A DNA stretch of 63,579 nucleotides, counting the filler, from Basidiobolus ranarum (Eukaryota): the NCBI GenBank assembly GCA_040143965.1. It is 39 parts of 39 records of this genome, joined end to end, with 100 filler letters (N's around TTAATTAATTAA, not from the genome) between each part and the next. Parts side by side here need not be neighbours in the genome. Positions count along the whole stretch, not along the records: positions 13,115 to 14,651 come from JASJQH010011768.1; positions 14,752 to 16,288 come from JASJQH010011769.1; positions 16,389 to 17,924 come from JASJQH010011770.1; positions 18,025 to 19,560 come from JASJQH010011771.1; positions 19,661 to 21,195 come from JASJQH010011772.1; positions 21,296 to 22,830 come from JASJQH010011773.1; positions 22,931 to 24,465 come from JASJQH010011774.1; positions 24,566 to 26,099 come from JASJQH010011775.1; 31 more parts are not named here. One strand, 5' to 3'. Shown here in pieces: positions 13,857-26,199 of this stretch. The notes below the pieces were generated by a model. It ran no database searches. It saw nothing but the letters and a program-made list of their open reading frames with translations, and was not told where the DNA came from. A program made the translations under genes and the position numbers. The stretch's first letter is position 1. Each line of letters opens with the position of its first letter.

Positions 13857-14751
13857 CCATATCTTTATTTTCTGATATCGATTATGCATCTTATCTTATC
13901 TATCGAGCAGAAGAGTGCACCAACATCAAGTGGAAGTGAATGTGATTTAATACAAGTTAGTTTGTTGTTGACTTACAAATCTTGCATAAATTCATGAAAA
14001 GTCTAATGAGTGTAGACGAAAGAGCATTGAATCTTGATTGGAGCTAATAATAGACTCATGGGAAAATCAATGTGTCAGTATAGACTGGATTGGTTGAAAT
14101 CATCTAGATAGTTATTGCCAAGGTGATGGAGAAACCTGGTTAAACGAATTTTTTGACAGGAAGAAGGGTTAGGTAATCCGGACCCTAACCCTAAGTAAGT
14201 AAGTACTACCTCCGGAAACATACATATATATCTTCAACTCACCAGAACTCCATAAATGAGGCTATGTTGCAACGAATGCTCTTTTAAACCTTTTACTTTT
14301 CTCAAAACTTTGTGCCATTGTTTTTCAAGAAATTCTTGTTGTAGGATTACGTTAGAAATCCCCAATTCAATGCTGGAGATAAGCATATTGAAATTCCATA
14401 TCAACGTATCAGGAATGAATATGCTTGACCCATTAGAGTATTATCCAGCAAAAGATAAGAAGGCTGATCTTTTGAAACAAACCACTTTTAAAACATAAAA
14501 CCAAAGAACCAGATTGAACCGGGGAATACACATAATTAGCTGACAAACAACGTTGAAACATATGATCTCTATGTTGATGTGTAAATTATTTTTAAAAAAT
14601 TCGAAATACAAAATATTTAAATTTGGAAATTAAAATAAATAAACCATTGCANNNNNNNNNNNNNNNNNNNNNNNNNNNNNNNNNNNNNNNNNNNNTTAAT
14701 TAATTAANNNNNNNNNNNNNNNNNNNNNNNNNNNNNNNNNNNNNNNNNNNN

Positions 14752-16288
14752 TGAAGTAGATACAATAGTCAGCATTTACTCTTTTGGAATTTGAGTGTTT
14801 CCAAAAAAGTGTTGATCTTGCTATTCCAAGCTCTTGGAGATTGTTTTAAGCCATAGAGTGTTTACTGGAGTTGGCAAACTTTTTTAGGGTTTTCTGGGTC
14901 CACAAATCCATCTGGTTGGTTCATATAGATCTCCTCAGCAAGCTCACCATTCAAAAAGGCAGCTTTAACACACATTTGATGTATAATAAACTGATATTTA
15001 GCTAAAATTGCTAAAATAAATCTAGTAAAATTGAACTTTGCTACAGGATCAAAAGTTTCTATATAATCTATTGCTGGTGTTTGGGAATAGCCTTTGGCTA
15101 CTAGTCTAGCCTTGTGCCTTTCTATATTGTCATCAGAGCTGTATTTAACTTCAAACACCCATTGGCAGCCAATTGATTTTCTATCATCAGGTAAGTTGGT
15201 TAAAATCCAAGTTTGATTGTCAATCAAAGCCTGGTACTCATCAGCCATTGCAGATCTACAAATTTCATGTGAGGGCCATTCAGGGCTGCTTTTACCATCT
15301 AGGTTTCATGTATTTGCACTGTGCAGGCATAGGCCCAACTTTGGGACTTGTTGTGCACCAACATACAAAGTTGTTTAACTTAAGCCATATCTATACAACT
15401 TGCATAAATATCTGTTTAGTTTATCACTAACTAGTCCCATGACCTTATCCAGTGACTTTATAATGTGACCTATCACTTGACTAACTATCTATTTGCTTAT
15501 CCCTTCTATCAGATCATATGACCAGTCACATGATCATTATCCAAGCAGTATTAACCTCTGAGTCATCTGCCTAGACACAAGTCAATATGAGTCACAAGAT
15601 TCATAACGAATGATCTTTCACTGGCAAGACTTCAGCTGATGCATGACTCACTTATCTATCTATCTATCTATCCAATCACATTTTCTTTTATCAGAATTAG
15701 TCATCTAATATCTTGGCGCTGACTAATTCACTTTGCTATCAAAAAGTATAAATAAAGCTAACTGAACCTTTTGGTTTAGTGTGTGTCTCAACAAACATAG
15801 GATCTCAGCACTGCTCAGTGTTTCTCAACAAATTCAATATTCCTCTCTCATTTCTATTCAAGCCTAGTATCCACTAGCACCTATAGAACACCAAGCCTTG
15901 CTGCCTAGCAAACCTACTCTCTACCATAACATAGCAACCCACTGCTATTCCCAAGACATATATTAGTTAGATCTGCTCCGCTTATATATCCTGCTTAAAC
16001 AGCTCTAAGATTCCGCACTTAACTGTTTCTTTGGTTCAGTAAAGTTCAAAACTTTTTATCCACTTTTCTCTTGAACACAACAGGACTCATTGATATAGTA
16101 ATCAGGGCTGTTTCTGATCCAATTGCATATCCTGGTTGGGGATAAAGGTATTTCAACTTCTGTTATTGTATTGGGCACTTCAGTAGGCAAAATTTTGATT
16201 GAAGGGTCCATAGGAATGCTATTTTCCTCATTGTCTTGGTTTGAATCAATTTGAATGATTGGATCAGGAGAAAATTGCTTTTTGTCAT
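14752..16288 (-). mobile_element. Copia family A linker/RT, interrupted by a solo LTR
   Basis: KARLVAKGYSQ and KAAFLNGEL; collinear with 12000-12810. Confidence 0.93.
15349..16082. repeat. 734-bp solo LTR (family D) with 5-bp TSD GGACT
   Basis: TGTTGTG...CACAACA termini; GGACT at 15344-15348 and 16083-16087; empty site in the paralogous Copia copy near 12607. Confidence 0.92.
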
Positions 16289-16388
16289 NNNNNNNNNNNN
16301 NNNNNNNNNNNNNNNNNNNNNNNNNNNNNNNNTTAATTAATTAANNNNNNNNNNNNNNNNNNNNNNNNNNNNNNNNNNNNNNNNNNNN

Positions 16389-16900
16389 GATTTACTACAT
16401 AATTGAGGGATTACAATCTCTTCACTTGCACTATTGCTGGAAATGAACATATCTGGTAAATTAATCAATGCTTCATCATTACTTGGGTTTGTTTCCGGCA
16501 TGTTAATGCCTTTCAAAGTAGTTATTGGACTGCTAGACTGCTCATCAATGAAGTCCTCTATTCTTGATGTTTTTTCCTTTTGTTCCTGCAGCCTTTGGCT
16601 TGGAAGCCAATTCTGATTTTGATTTTGAATGCTTTTTAAATAGCATTGAAATTATCAGTTGGTAAACTTGGTGTAGTGAAATTGCTTAGAAACAGCTTCA
16701 AACAAACCAAAATTACCATCCATTGCTGAAAATATCTTGTAAATCCCCTGGTGACTCATTTATGACACTGTGTCAGAATCAGTTGATGAAATTGATAGGC
16801 TATACCTAAAATTTAACCCTTACATAGGAGGTCTTCTTTTTTCTACAATATCCTTCTAATTCCACAATACAAACATTAAAAGAAGCCCTGCTATTTTTGT
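16389..16900 (-). pseudogene. Decayed copy of multicopy unknown ORF ('ORF2', ASKPKPAG.. family)
   Basis: Aligns with 46815-47305 and 55820-56290. Confidence 0.75.
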
Positions 16901-16972
16901 CACAAATTCTTGCACTACAGGAACCAGAGGCTTCATAGAAAAAATCTTCTCAAGCATAGTCACTGTACAACA

Positions 16973-17352
16973 TATTGGGAAAATATGGGCTGTTTTGAGG
17001 AACTTTAGAAAAGTGGAGTTGTCAATGGCTTTGTGAGATTAATTATCTATTGTCCAGAAATAAAGCATTTATATATATTGGTGGAAATATGGCAAACCAA
17101 CATTGGGGTTGTGTTCAGAACATCTGTGGGAGTAAAATGAGCAATCTTTGGGGCAATTTGGATGAGTTAGAAATTTCCAATATGGAAATTGCTCATTCTC
17201 ACATTATTCACATTTATATATAATATATGTCCAGATTGTCAGTTAAGTGATATTTGACTAAGTAATGTTAGCTAACTTATATGAGATATATGAAATAGTT
17301 AGGTGAATAAAGATAGAGGTAACAAATATGTTAAAGGCAAGAAACCTCAACA
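16973..17352 (-). repeat. 3' LTR of Copia family B
   Basis: TGTTGAGG...CCCAATA; preceded by PPT TTGAGTGGGAG (17353-17363) and RNase H. Confidence 0.88.
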
Positions 17353-17924
17353 CTCCCACTCAACTATATATTCATATATCTCAATCCTAACTTAAATCTT
17401 GATTCTTCAAATTTTGATTTGGGTAATAGTTTGATAAGGATGTTAGCAATCATGTCCTTGGTTGGACAGTACTCTAGTTGGAAGTGCTTATTCTAAATAG
17501 CTTCCCTGACAAAGTGATGCTGATTGTCAATGTGCTTACTTCTAGCATGAAACTTGGGATTTTTTGTGGAAGTAATACAACTTTGATTATCCTTGAAAAT
17601 TATGGTGGGTGAACTTTGATAATGCCCAAGTCTTTGAGCAGTTTCCTTAAGCACATAGCCTTCTTTGCTGTATGTGATGCTGCCATGCATTCTGCTCAGT
17701 TGTCAAAAGTGCTATGGTGGGTTGTTTCTTGCTATTCCAAGATATGGCTACTTCACTATGGAGAAAGTTAAATCAAGTGATAGATCTTCTGTCCTCGATA
17801 TCATGTCCCCAATCTGCATCACCAAACCCAATTAGATCCTTATTCTCATCCAAATATGTGTATCACAATCCTTGATCAATTGTCCCCTTCAAATATCTGA
17901 AAATCCACTTAACTGCTGTATAAT
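17353..17924 (-). mobile_element. Copia family B RNase H end and PPT
   Basis: DADWG, SWNSKKQPTIAL, KNPKFHARSKHID..HHFVRE. Confidence 0.92.
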
Positions 17925-18024
17925 NNNNNNNNNNNNNNNNNNNNNNNNNNNNNNNNNNNNNNNNNNNNTTAATTAATTAANNNNNNNNNNNNNNNNNNNN
18001 NNNNNNNNNNNNNNNNNNNNNNNN

Positions 18025-18478
18025 CAACTCACTCTTGGATCAGCTTGCTTCAGCCAAGGTGTTTACAAAGATTGATCTAAGAGGTGCTTACAACCTTGTC
18101 AGAATCAAACCAGGAGACCACTGGAAAACTGCCTTTTGAGCTTGCCATGGACACTTTGAATACAATTTCATGCTGTTTGAACTTACCAATGGCCTGCAGT
18201 CTTTCAACACATGATGAATGATATCTTCAGAGAGTATCTTAACCTATTTGTGGTAATCTAACTTGGCAATATCTTGCTCTCTTAAAGGTCTCAAGACGAA
18301 CATAATATTGATGTTTCCCAATGCCTAGAAATGTTGAAAACCTCTGGGCTCTATGCTAAACTTGAGAAATGTGAATTTGATCAAGCTCAAGTTAAATTCC
18401 TTGATATAACATCAGCCCATCAGGCATCTCCATGGACCCAGGAAGGTTAAATCTGTTCTGTCTTGGGATATTCCCAAT
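18025..18478 (+). mobile_element. Degenerate Ty3/Gypsy reverse transcriptase
   Basis: [34 protein letters not shown], and LYAKLEKCEF. Confidence 0.93.
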
Positions 18479-18512
18479 GATGTCTAGAAGCCATCACTAA
18501 AGAAGGGGATAC

Positions 18513-19036
18513 TGTCATGATTCTGATCTTGGCATACTGGTCCACTGCAAATAGAACTCCTCTATTATTAGACTATGACATCATATCTGCTGTGCCATCC
18601 CTTCTTGGCAATCTGGTGTCAGTTCATCCAGCTTACCTTATATAGAAGTCATATTCTTTGGAACATTCCATGAAACCAAACCAATCATGTCACATCACAC
18701 ATGGTGTATCTCTGCCAAGACCTACCATGGAAGGTCACCTGATATCCTTACATCATCCCTCTTTGTATTGGTCCTTGTAATCCCCAACACCCCAACTCTT
18801 CAACTTGCTACAGTATATTCCCTATTAAGTATATTATGATTCACCTTGCAATATCTACATAAACCCCATGTATTCCTTGATCAGACCTAAGTCTTATCAA
18901 TGCCAGTTATCAATAAAGATTCTTGCCAAAGTATCTTCCCTGTCCTATCTTGTCTTGTGGTCTGCATCCAAGTACTCTCCTGCCTTCTAGCCTCTTGTCA
19001 TTGTTTCCAATCCTTGTCAAGTTTTGTATTGTGACA
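18513..19036 (+). repeat. Full 524-bp LTR of Gypsy family C
   Basis: TGTCA...TGACA termini; PPT AAAGAAGGGGATAC at 18499-18512; further copies at 22931-23158, 31100-31362 and 52797-53154. Confidence 0.88.
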
Positions 19037-19410
19037 GTTTGATCAGACTACTTGTACTTGCCTGTAGACTTCTCTCCATCCCTGTTCTCCAACCTTGAAA
19101 CCCCCAAAGGTTGGCTTCCTTCTTATTCCCCATCTTTCCCAAGCTTCCTTGCTAAGGCAAAAGTACCTTCCACCTTTGGATAATTGCTCTAAGTGTATCC
19201 TTGTCAAGACACTACTGGTTGAGTTTACAGTTGTTTTTGATCAAAGAAGCTTTGGTACTTGATTAAGATCAAAGGACATTGATACGAGCATGTTCTTTTG
19301 TCAAGGTGCCAATCATTTCTTCAACAGAAAGTTGGACATTGCGTTGTGATTATCATTCCTAGAGAAACTTGTGGTTTTTAAAGTTTCCTCCTCCCAACAT
19401 AGTAAGTATT

Positions 19411-19560
19411 ATGTCTACACCAGCCCCCACAATGGAAGATATTATGCAAGCCCTTACTCAGCTTCAGCAAGAAAATCAAGAACTTTGTACTTCCTTTGCT
19501 CAAGTACAGAATCTAGCACCACCCAACTATCCTGCAAATCCAACTCCCAAACCTAAAATC
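19411..19560 (+). mobile_element. Gypsy gag N-terminus (truncated by gap)
   Basis: MSTPAPTMEDIMQALTQLQQENQEL...PKPKI coiled coil downstream of the LTR and leader. Confidence 0.7.
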
Positions 19561-19660
19561 NNNNNNNNNNNNNNNNNNNNNNNNNNNNNNNNNNNNNNNN
19601 NNNNTTAATTAATTAANNNNNNNNNNNNNNNNNNNNNNNNNNNNNNNNNNNNNNNNNNNN

Positions 19661-19980
19661 ATTTGTACTTATTTAAGTGGAATGTTGAAAAGATTTCCAC
19701 CTGATGGTATTGGGAATATTGGTAGTTGCTTGTTGGGATTGTTAGTATATTCTCATGGCATCAACTTACATTGGCAGATCTCAGGCAGATTCAGCAGCTG
19801 TTCAAATATTTTTAATTTCATGTGAGAAACTTTCTTCTAGGTTTAAATATTATCAATCCTATCTATGCCAGCATTCAATACATTCCCTGTTGAATCCATT
19901 ACAATTCTTGGAGATCATAGGCCCTTGCTACATATTCTGGGAGTTACCAATGGAGTGTACCTATGGCAAAATGATTCACC
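19661..19980 (+). mobile_element. CACTA transposase C-terminal fragment
   Basis: LCQHSIHSLL...GPCYIFWELPMECTYG. Confidence 0.85.
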
Positions 19981-19992
19981 ATCTAAAGTAAT

Positions 19993-20340
19993 TGTTAAAG
20001 TATTTAGGAGTCTGTTGGAAGTAGATTGAAGAATTAGAGGAATTGTTGGTTTTCACTTATTGATTTATTGGGTAGAAAGTTGACATATATAGTTTTATCA
20101 AGATGTAAGCAAACCAACATGTAGAGTGTGTTAAGGAAGGTTGCAGGAACATGTGTGCAAAGTTTTGGGCTTCTACCACAAGTTTGGAAAATCTATATAT
20201 CTGTGAACTTCTAAGTTTGTAAATATATTCCAAGTAAATTCCAATTGAGAATAATTGATAATATCTTAGTAAATTATAAGATAACCAAGTACTAAGTTAT
20301 ATATGACTATATAGGTGTGTAGGCAATGCTAATTTCAACA
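19993..20340 (-). repeat. 3' LTR of Copia family A
   Basis: TGTTGAAATTAGC...CTTTAACA; PPT TTGAGGGAGAG at 20341-20351. Confidence 0.92.
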
Positions 20341-21195
20341 CTCTCCCTCAACTAAATAGTCGTATAAACTAATCCTAATCAAGGTCTACATCTCTCAAAT
20401 TTCTCTCTAGCTAATGGTTTGGTAAGTATATCAGCTATCATATCTTCTGTATAACAATAAGTTAAGTCAATAAACTTGTCTTTGATAGTCGCTCTAATGA
20501 AGTAATGCTTAATGTCCATATGTTTGCTTCTATTATGAAACATGTGATTTTTAGCTAGTTTGATATAATTTTTATTTTTTTGAAATATTTTTGTTGGTGA
20601 ATTTTGAGAATAACCCTAATCTGTGAAGAATTTTCTTAACCATATTGCTTCATTTGTGCTTCACAGGTAGCCATAAATTCAGCTTCTGATGTTAAAATGC
20701 TACTGTAGGTTGTTTATTTGAATTCCAAGAAATGGCTCCATTACAGCAAATAAGTAAGTATCCTGTTGTCAATCTCCTACCTTCAATATCTCTTCCCTAA
20801 TTTGCATCTGAATATCCCATAAGATCAAAATTTGATCCAGAATATGTGTATTTTAAGCATAGATCCACAGTACCATTCAAATATCTGAAAATCCACTTAA
20901 CTGCTATGATTTGATCAGATCCATAATTTGGACAATATTGGCACGTAACTCCCCCAGAATATGCAATATCTGGCCATGTTCCAACCATGATATACATCAA
21001 ACTACCAATCATAGATCGATAAGGAGATATCTGGCTTTCATTTGAATCAAGAAACATCTGATTTGAGCCATTTTTGGACAAGTTGAGATTTGTCTCTGTT
21101 GGGATAGATACTGGATTACATTTTTCCATTTTAAGCTGCTTTAGTATATATAGGATATACTTAGACTGGTTTAAAGTAACTGGTTTGGTAGTTCA
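20341..21195 (-). mobile_element. Copia family A RT end/RNase H
   Basis: PYRSMIGSLMY, GYSDAN, SKHMDIKHYFI. Confidence 0.93.
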
Positions 21196-21295
21196 NNNNN
21201 NNNNNNNNNNNNNNNNNNNNNNNNNNNNNNNNNNNNNNNTTAATTAATTAANNNNNNNNNNNNNNNNNNNNNNNNNNNNNNNNNNNNNNNNNNNN

Positions 21296-22830
21296 AATCC
21301 TGCAGTGATTAAACAACCTTCATGTCCAAATGGTTGTTTGGCTTTCACCAGTGATCTGAAAAATCTGAAGTCATGTACTGTTTGCATACAATTGGCTATC
21401 ACTGAATCTGGTAAATATCATTCACATTTGGCTTACATACCATTGATTCCTCATTTTAAAGTTTTGATGAAATCACCCAAATATAGATCATTGATCCAAT
21501 ACCAAAGAACTCAGTGTAAAGCTAATGGTATTACCAATATACTGGATGGATATCACTACCTGAATCTGAAAAGACAAGACTTCTTTGAAAACACATATGA
21601 TCATGCATTTGCATTAACTCTGGATGGTTTCTCACTAAACAAATATACCTTGGAAAGGCTTGCTAGCTGATGAATTCAATCAACTTAAATCTTCCTCCTT
21701 CTGAATGGTATAAGTGTCATAATATTTGATACTTTCCATCATATCTGGACCTAAATCACCCATGTTTATAGATAGCTTCTGGAAGCCTTTGAGTATGGAA
21801 TTTGAACAGTTATCTAATGGGGTTCAGATGGGTGAATTTTTTATTAAAGCTAATAACAATATATATATTGGTGACATACCTGCCATCAGTAAACTTGGAG
21901 GCTTTTGCTGGCACAATGCACTATCTTGCTGCAGATTTTGTCAAATCAAGGGATTTTACTCAATCAGGCATATGAATTATTACTATCCAAATACAACTCT
22001 TAGCTCCATGATTTTACCAGCAAGAGCCTGGTCAGATTTCAACACAATCACTGATGTCAATTCACCCAATAGTCAGTCTAACATCAAACTTGGTATTAGC
22101 TGTAAGCCTAAGATTATATTGCTAAAGGGAATCAGCTGGAGCCAGAGCTTCCCATTAGGCACTATGCACTTACTATTGAACAACATTGTGATACTACTTA
22201 CTCTGCTATATAGTGAAAAATTCAGTATTACTGAGCCAATTGAGATAGGATCAAAGTTTTACTTGATTGGCACAATGCTTCAAAATGTCAGGATACTATC
22301 ATATTTTACCAGAGCTCCCATCAATATCAACTTATCTAGGCACTTATTCAAATGCAAAAACTGGAAGTATTGAGTTTGTATATATTTAAGTGGAATTTTG
22401 AAAAGATTTTGGCCTGTTAAGTATTGGCAATATTGGGAGTTGTTTGTTGTTATTGTTAATATCTTCTTATGGCATCAACTCATATAGGTAGATCTCAGGC
22501 AGATGCAGCAACTGTATGAAGATTTTATGAATGGATCTGAAAAACTTCATTCCAGGTTTAAAGAACATAGACTGAATCTATGCCAGTATTCAATACATTT
22601 GCTGCTACATCTTTCACAATGCTTGGAGATTATAGGCCCTTGCTATAAATTCTGATAGTTCCCAATGGAGGGCACCTGTGGTGAAATGATGCTCTGTGTG
22701 AAATCATCAGTATTACTGTATGCCAAACTGATTAACAAGGTATCAGCAAAATCAGTGAAGGATGTAATGCAATGGGTCAAGCAGCCTCCAGAGTATATTA
22801 GCGTGCGACCAACGGGCTCTTTTCAATGCG
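21296..22830 (+). mobile_element. Degenerate CACTA/En-Spm (Tnp2/Transposase_21-like) transposase
   Basis: CPNGC, LTLDGF, NLNLPP, ISGPKSP, GDIPA, HNAL.CCRFC, PLGTMH, FPMEGTCG; stops and frameshifts. Confidence 0.9.
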
Positions 22831-22930
22831 NNNNNNNNNNNNNNNNNNNNNNNNNNNNNNNNNNNNNNNNNNNNTTAATTAATTAANNNNNNNNNNNNNN
22901 NNNNNNNNNNNNNNNNNNNNNNNNNNNNNN

Positions 22931-23158
22931 AGGTGACCTTCCATGGAAGGTCTTGGCGGAAATACACTATGTGTGGGATGACATGATTGGTTAGGTTTCA
23001 TGGAATGTTCCAAAGAACATGACTTCCATATAAGGTAATCTTGATGAACTAACACCAGATTGCCAAGAAGGGATGGCACAGCAGATATGATGTCATAATC
23101 TAATGATAGAAGAGTTCTATTTGCAGTGGATCAGTATGCCAAGATCAGAATCATGACA
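22931..23158 (-). repeat. Gypsy family C LTR (5' part) inserted in CACTA transposase
   Basis: Reverse complement of about 18513-18740; terminus TGTCATG at 23158. Confidence 0.9.
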
Positions 23159-24465
23159 ACTGTTGCTTGCCACAGTCCTGGTACAAGTGGAAAATACTGG
23201 TTAATTGTATCACTTATAAGTCTTCAGTAATTAAACTAACTTCACATCCAAATGATTGTTTGGTTCTCACTGGTGATCAATAAACCTGAAGTCATGTACT
23301 GTTTGCACACAATTGGAAGTCACTGAATCCGGTAAATATTGTTCATATTTGGCTTACATACCATTGATTCCCCATCTGAAAGTTTTGATAAAATCACCCA
23401 TATTTTGATCATTTATCCAATACCAAAGTACTCACCATAAATCTGATGGTATTACCAATATATTTAATAGATAGCACTACCAGAATCTAAAAAGTCAAGG
23501 TTTCTTTGAAAAACACCTATGATCATGCATTTGCATTGGCTCTGGATGGTTTCTTGCTAAACAAATATACCATTGGAAAGGCTAGTTGGCCAATAATTTT
23601 AATCAACTTGATTCTACCTCCTTCTGAATGGTATAAGAGTCATAATATTTTTATACTAGCCATCATATCTGCACCTAAATCACCAGTACTTATAGACAGC
23701 TTCTTGGAACCCTTGATTATGGAATCTGAATGGTTATCTAACAGGGTTCAGATGGGTGAATATTTTATTCAAGCAAAGATCTTGTATGTATAGGTAACAC
23801 TCCTGCCATTGGTAAACTTGGTGGTTTTTGCAGGCACAATGCACTATCTTGCTGTAGATTTTGTCCAATCAATGGAGTCTACTCAACCAGGCATACACAT
23901 AACTACTATCCAAATACAAAACTAAACTCAATGATTTTACAATCAAGAACCTGGTCAGATTTCAACATGATGATTGATATCCATTCTCCAAATAGTCAGT
24001 CTGACATCAAGCTTGGTATTAGCTGTAAGTCTAAGATTATATTACTAAAGGGGATCAGCTGGAGCCAGAGCTTTCCACTAGGCACTATGCATCTACTATT
24101 CAACAATATTCAATACTACTTACTCAGCTATATAGAGGAAAATTCAATATGAATGAGCCATATGAGAGAAGATCAAAGTTTGAATCAATTGGAAAAATGC
24201 TTGAAAATGTCAAGATGCCATCATATTTTACCAGGACTTCCATCAATATCCACGCATCTAGGTGTTTATTCAAATACAAAGACTGGAAGTATTGGATTTG
24301 CATATATTCAAGTGGAATCTTGAAAAGATTTCTGCCTGATACATATTGGCAACAATGGGAGTTGTTTGTGGATATTGTTAATATATTCTTTTGGTATCAA
24401 CTCTCATTGGCAGATCTCATGCAGATACAGCAACTGTGCAAAAATTTTGTAATTAGATATGGAAA
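23159..24465 (+). mobile_element. Degenerate CACTA transposase
   Basis: Same motif order as 21296-22830. Confidence 0.9.
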
Positions 24466-24565
24466 NNNNNNNNNNNNNNNNNNNNNNNNNNNNNNNNNNN
24501 NNNNNNNNNTTAATTAATTAANNNNNNNNNNNNNNNNNNNNNNNNNNNNNNNNNNNNNNNNNNNN

Positions 24566-24718
24566 CATTATGGTGTTCTGCCTGCAATTCCCTTGTTGTA
24601 ATAATTCTATCCAAATTTTGTACAGAGGGTTGTCCAATAGTGGGCAAAGTAGCCATTATGGTAGTTGATGGTCTTGACATTGTTTTGGTTGAACTTTGCT
24701 CAACTATTGATTTACTAG
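24566..24718 (-). pseudogene. Fragment of multicopy unknown ORF2
   Basis: Matches about 46668-46820. Confidence 0.75.
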
Positions 24719-25860
24719 AGGGCCATTGAGGGCCTCTTTTACAGTTTGGGATTCATGTATTAGAGTAGTGCAGGCATAAGCCCAATGTTGGGACTCATTG
24801 ATGTAGTAATAAGGGCTATATCTTATACTATTTGAACTTCTGGTTTGGAATAAAGTTACTACAACTTCTTATATTGCATTGAGCACTTCAGTAGGCAAAA
24901 TTTTGACTGAGGGGTCCCCAGGAATGCTATTTTCTTCATTCTTTTTGTTTGAATCAATTTCAAAGATTGGATCAGGAGAAAATTGTTTTGTGTCATTACA
25001 TGAGGTCATTTTGGGTAAAAGGTTTTCATTTTCACTAAACAAAGCATTGCTGGGCTTGATTAACTTTGAAATTTTGGTATCAAAGAGTCTGAAGGCCTTA
25101 GTTTGGGTATAATAACCCAGAAGTATGCATTTCCTACTTTTTGCATCCAATTTTGACCAATTTTTGGTCGGAATTTTGACATAAGCAATGCATCCTAAGA
25201 TCCTCATATGATCTGCATCTGGTTCAAAAGCAAACCATGCTTGATCTTGTGTAGAGCTAGACTAACCACTAGTAAAACTCCTTTTCTATCAGATATATGG
25301 CTATGGGAACAGATTCCACCCACTAAATTTGAGATAAATTGTGTGCAATTACCATATATCTTGTCATTTTTATTATAGTCCTGTTAGCTCTTTCAGCAAC
25401 TCCATTTTGTTGAGGTGAATAGGGGGCAATAGTGTCTTGCTTAATTCCATGAACTTTTCAAAAGTGCTTAAATAGTGTTGAAGTATATTTTCAACCATTA
25501 TCAGTATATATTTTCTTGATTTTAGTTTCAGTTTCAGTCTCCACTAATTTTTAAAATCTTGAAAGGCAGAGGGAGCTTTGTCCTTTATTTCCATAAAGTA
25601 GGCCCAATTATATCTTGTATAATCATCAATAATTGTGATTGAATATCTTTTTCAGCCTAGAGATAAATTGTGCATAGATCCACACAAACCTGAATGAATT
25701 AGATCCATTTTTTTACTGATTTAATTAAACCTAAGCTCTTGAATGGTTGCCTGGCTTTTTTTCCATATGGAACCATCACAAATTTCCATTTTGGTTTGAG
25801 GATTAATTTGAATTCCTGAAATTAGGCAATTTTTATTATTTTGCTCCAATAATCAAATCC
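24719..25860 (-). mobile_element. Copia family A integrase region
   Basis: IHSGLCG, IIDDYTRY, PYSPQQNGVAERANRT, GCIAYV, SKLDAKSRKCILLGY. Confidence 0.92.
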
Positions 25861-25865
25861 AATAT

Positions 25866-26099
25866 TATTGGGAAAATATGTGCCGTTTGGAGAAACTTTA
25901 GAAAAGTTGAGTTGTCAACAGCTTTTGTGAGATATTATTTATTGTGCAGAAATGAAGTATTTATACATTTTGGTGGAAATACTGAAAACCAACACTGGGG
26001 TTGTGTTCAGAACATCTGTGGGAGTACAATGAAACTATTTTTGGAGCAATATGGATGAGTTGGAAACTTCCAATATCAAATTGCTAATTCTCACATTAT
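25866..26099 (-). repeat. Copia family B LTR (3' part)
   Basis: Matches about 16973-17205; ends CCCAATA. Confidence 0.88.
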
Positions 26100-26199
26100 N
26101 NNNNNNNNNNNNNNNNNNNNNNNNNNNNNNNNNNNNNNNNNNNTTAATTAATTAANNNNNNNNNNNNNNNNNNNNNNNNNNNNNNNNNNNNNNNNNNNN

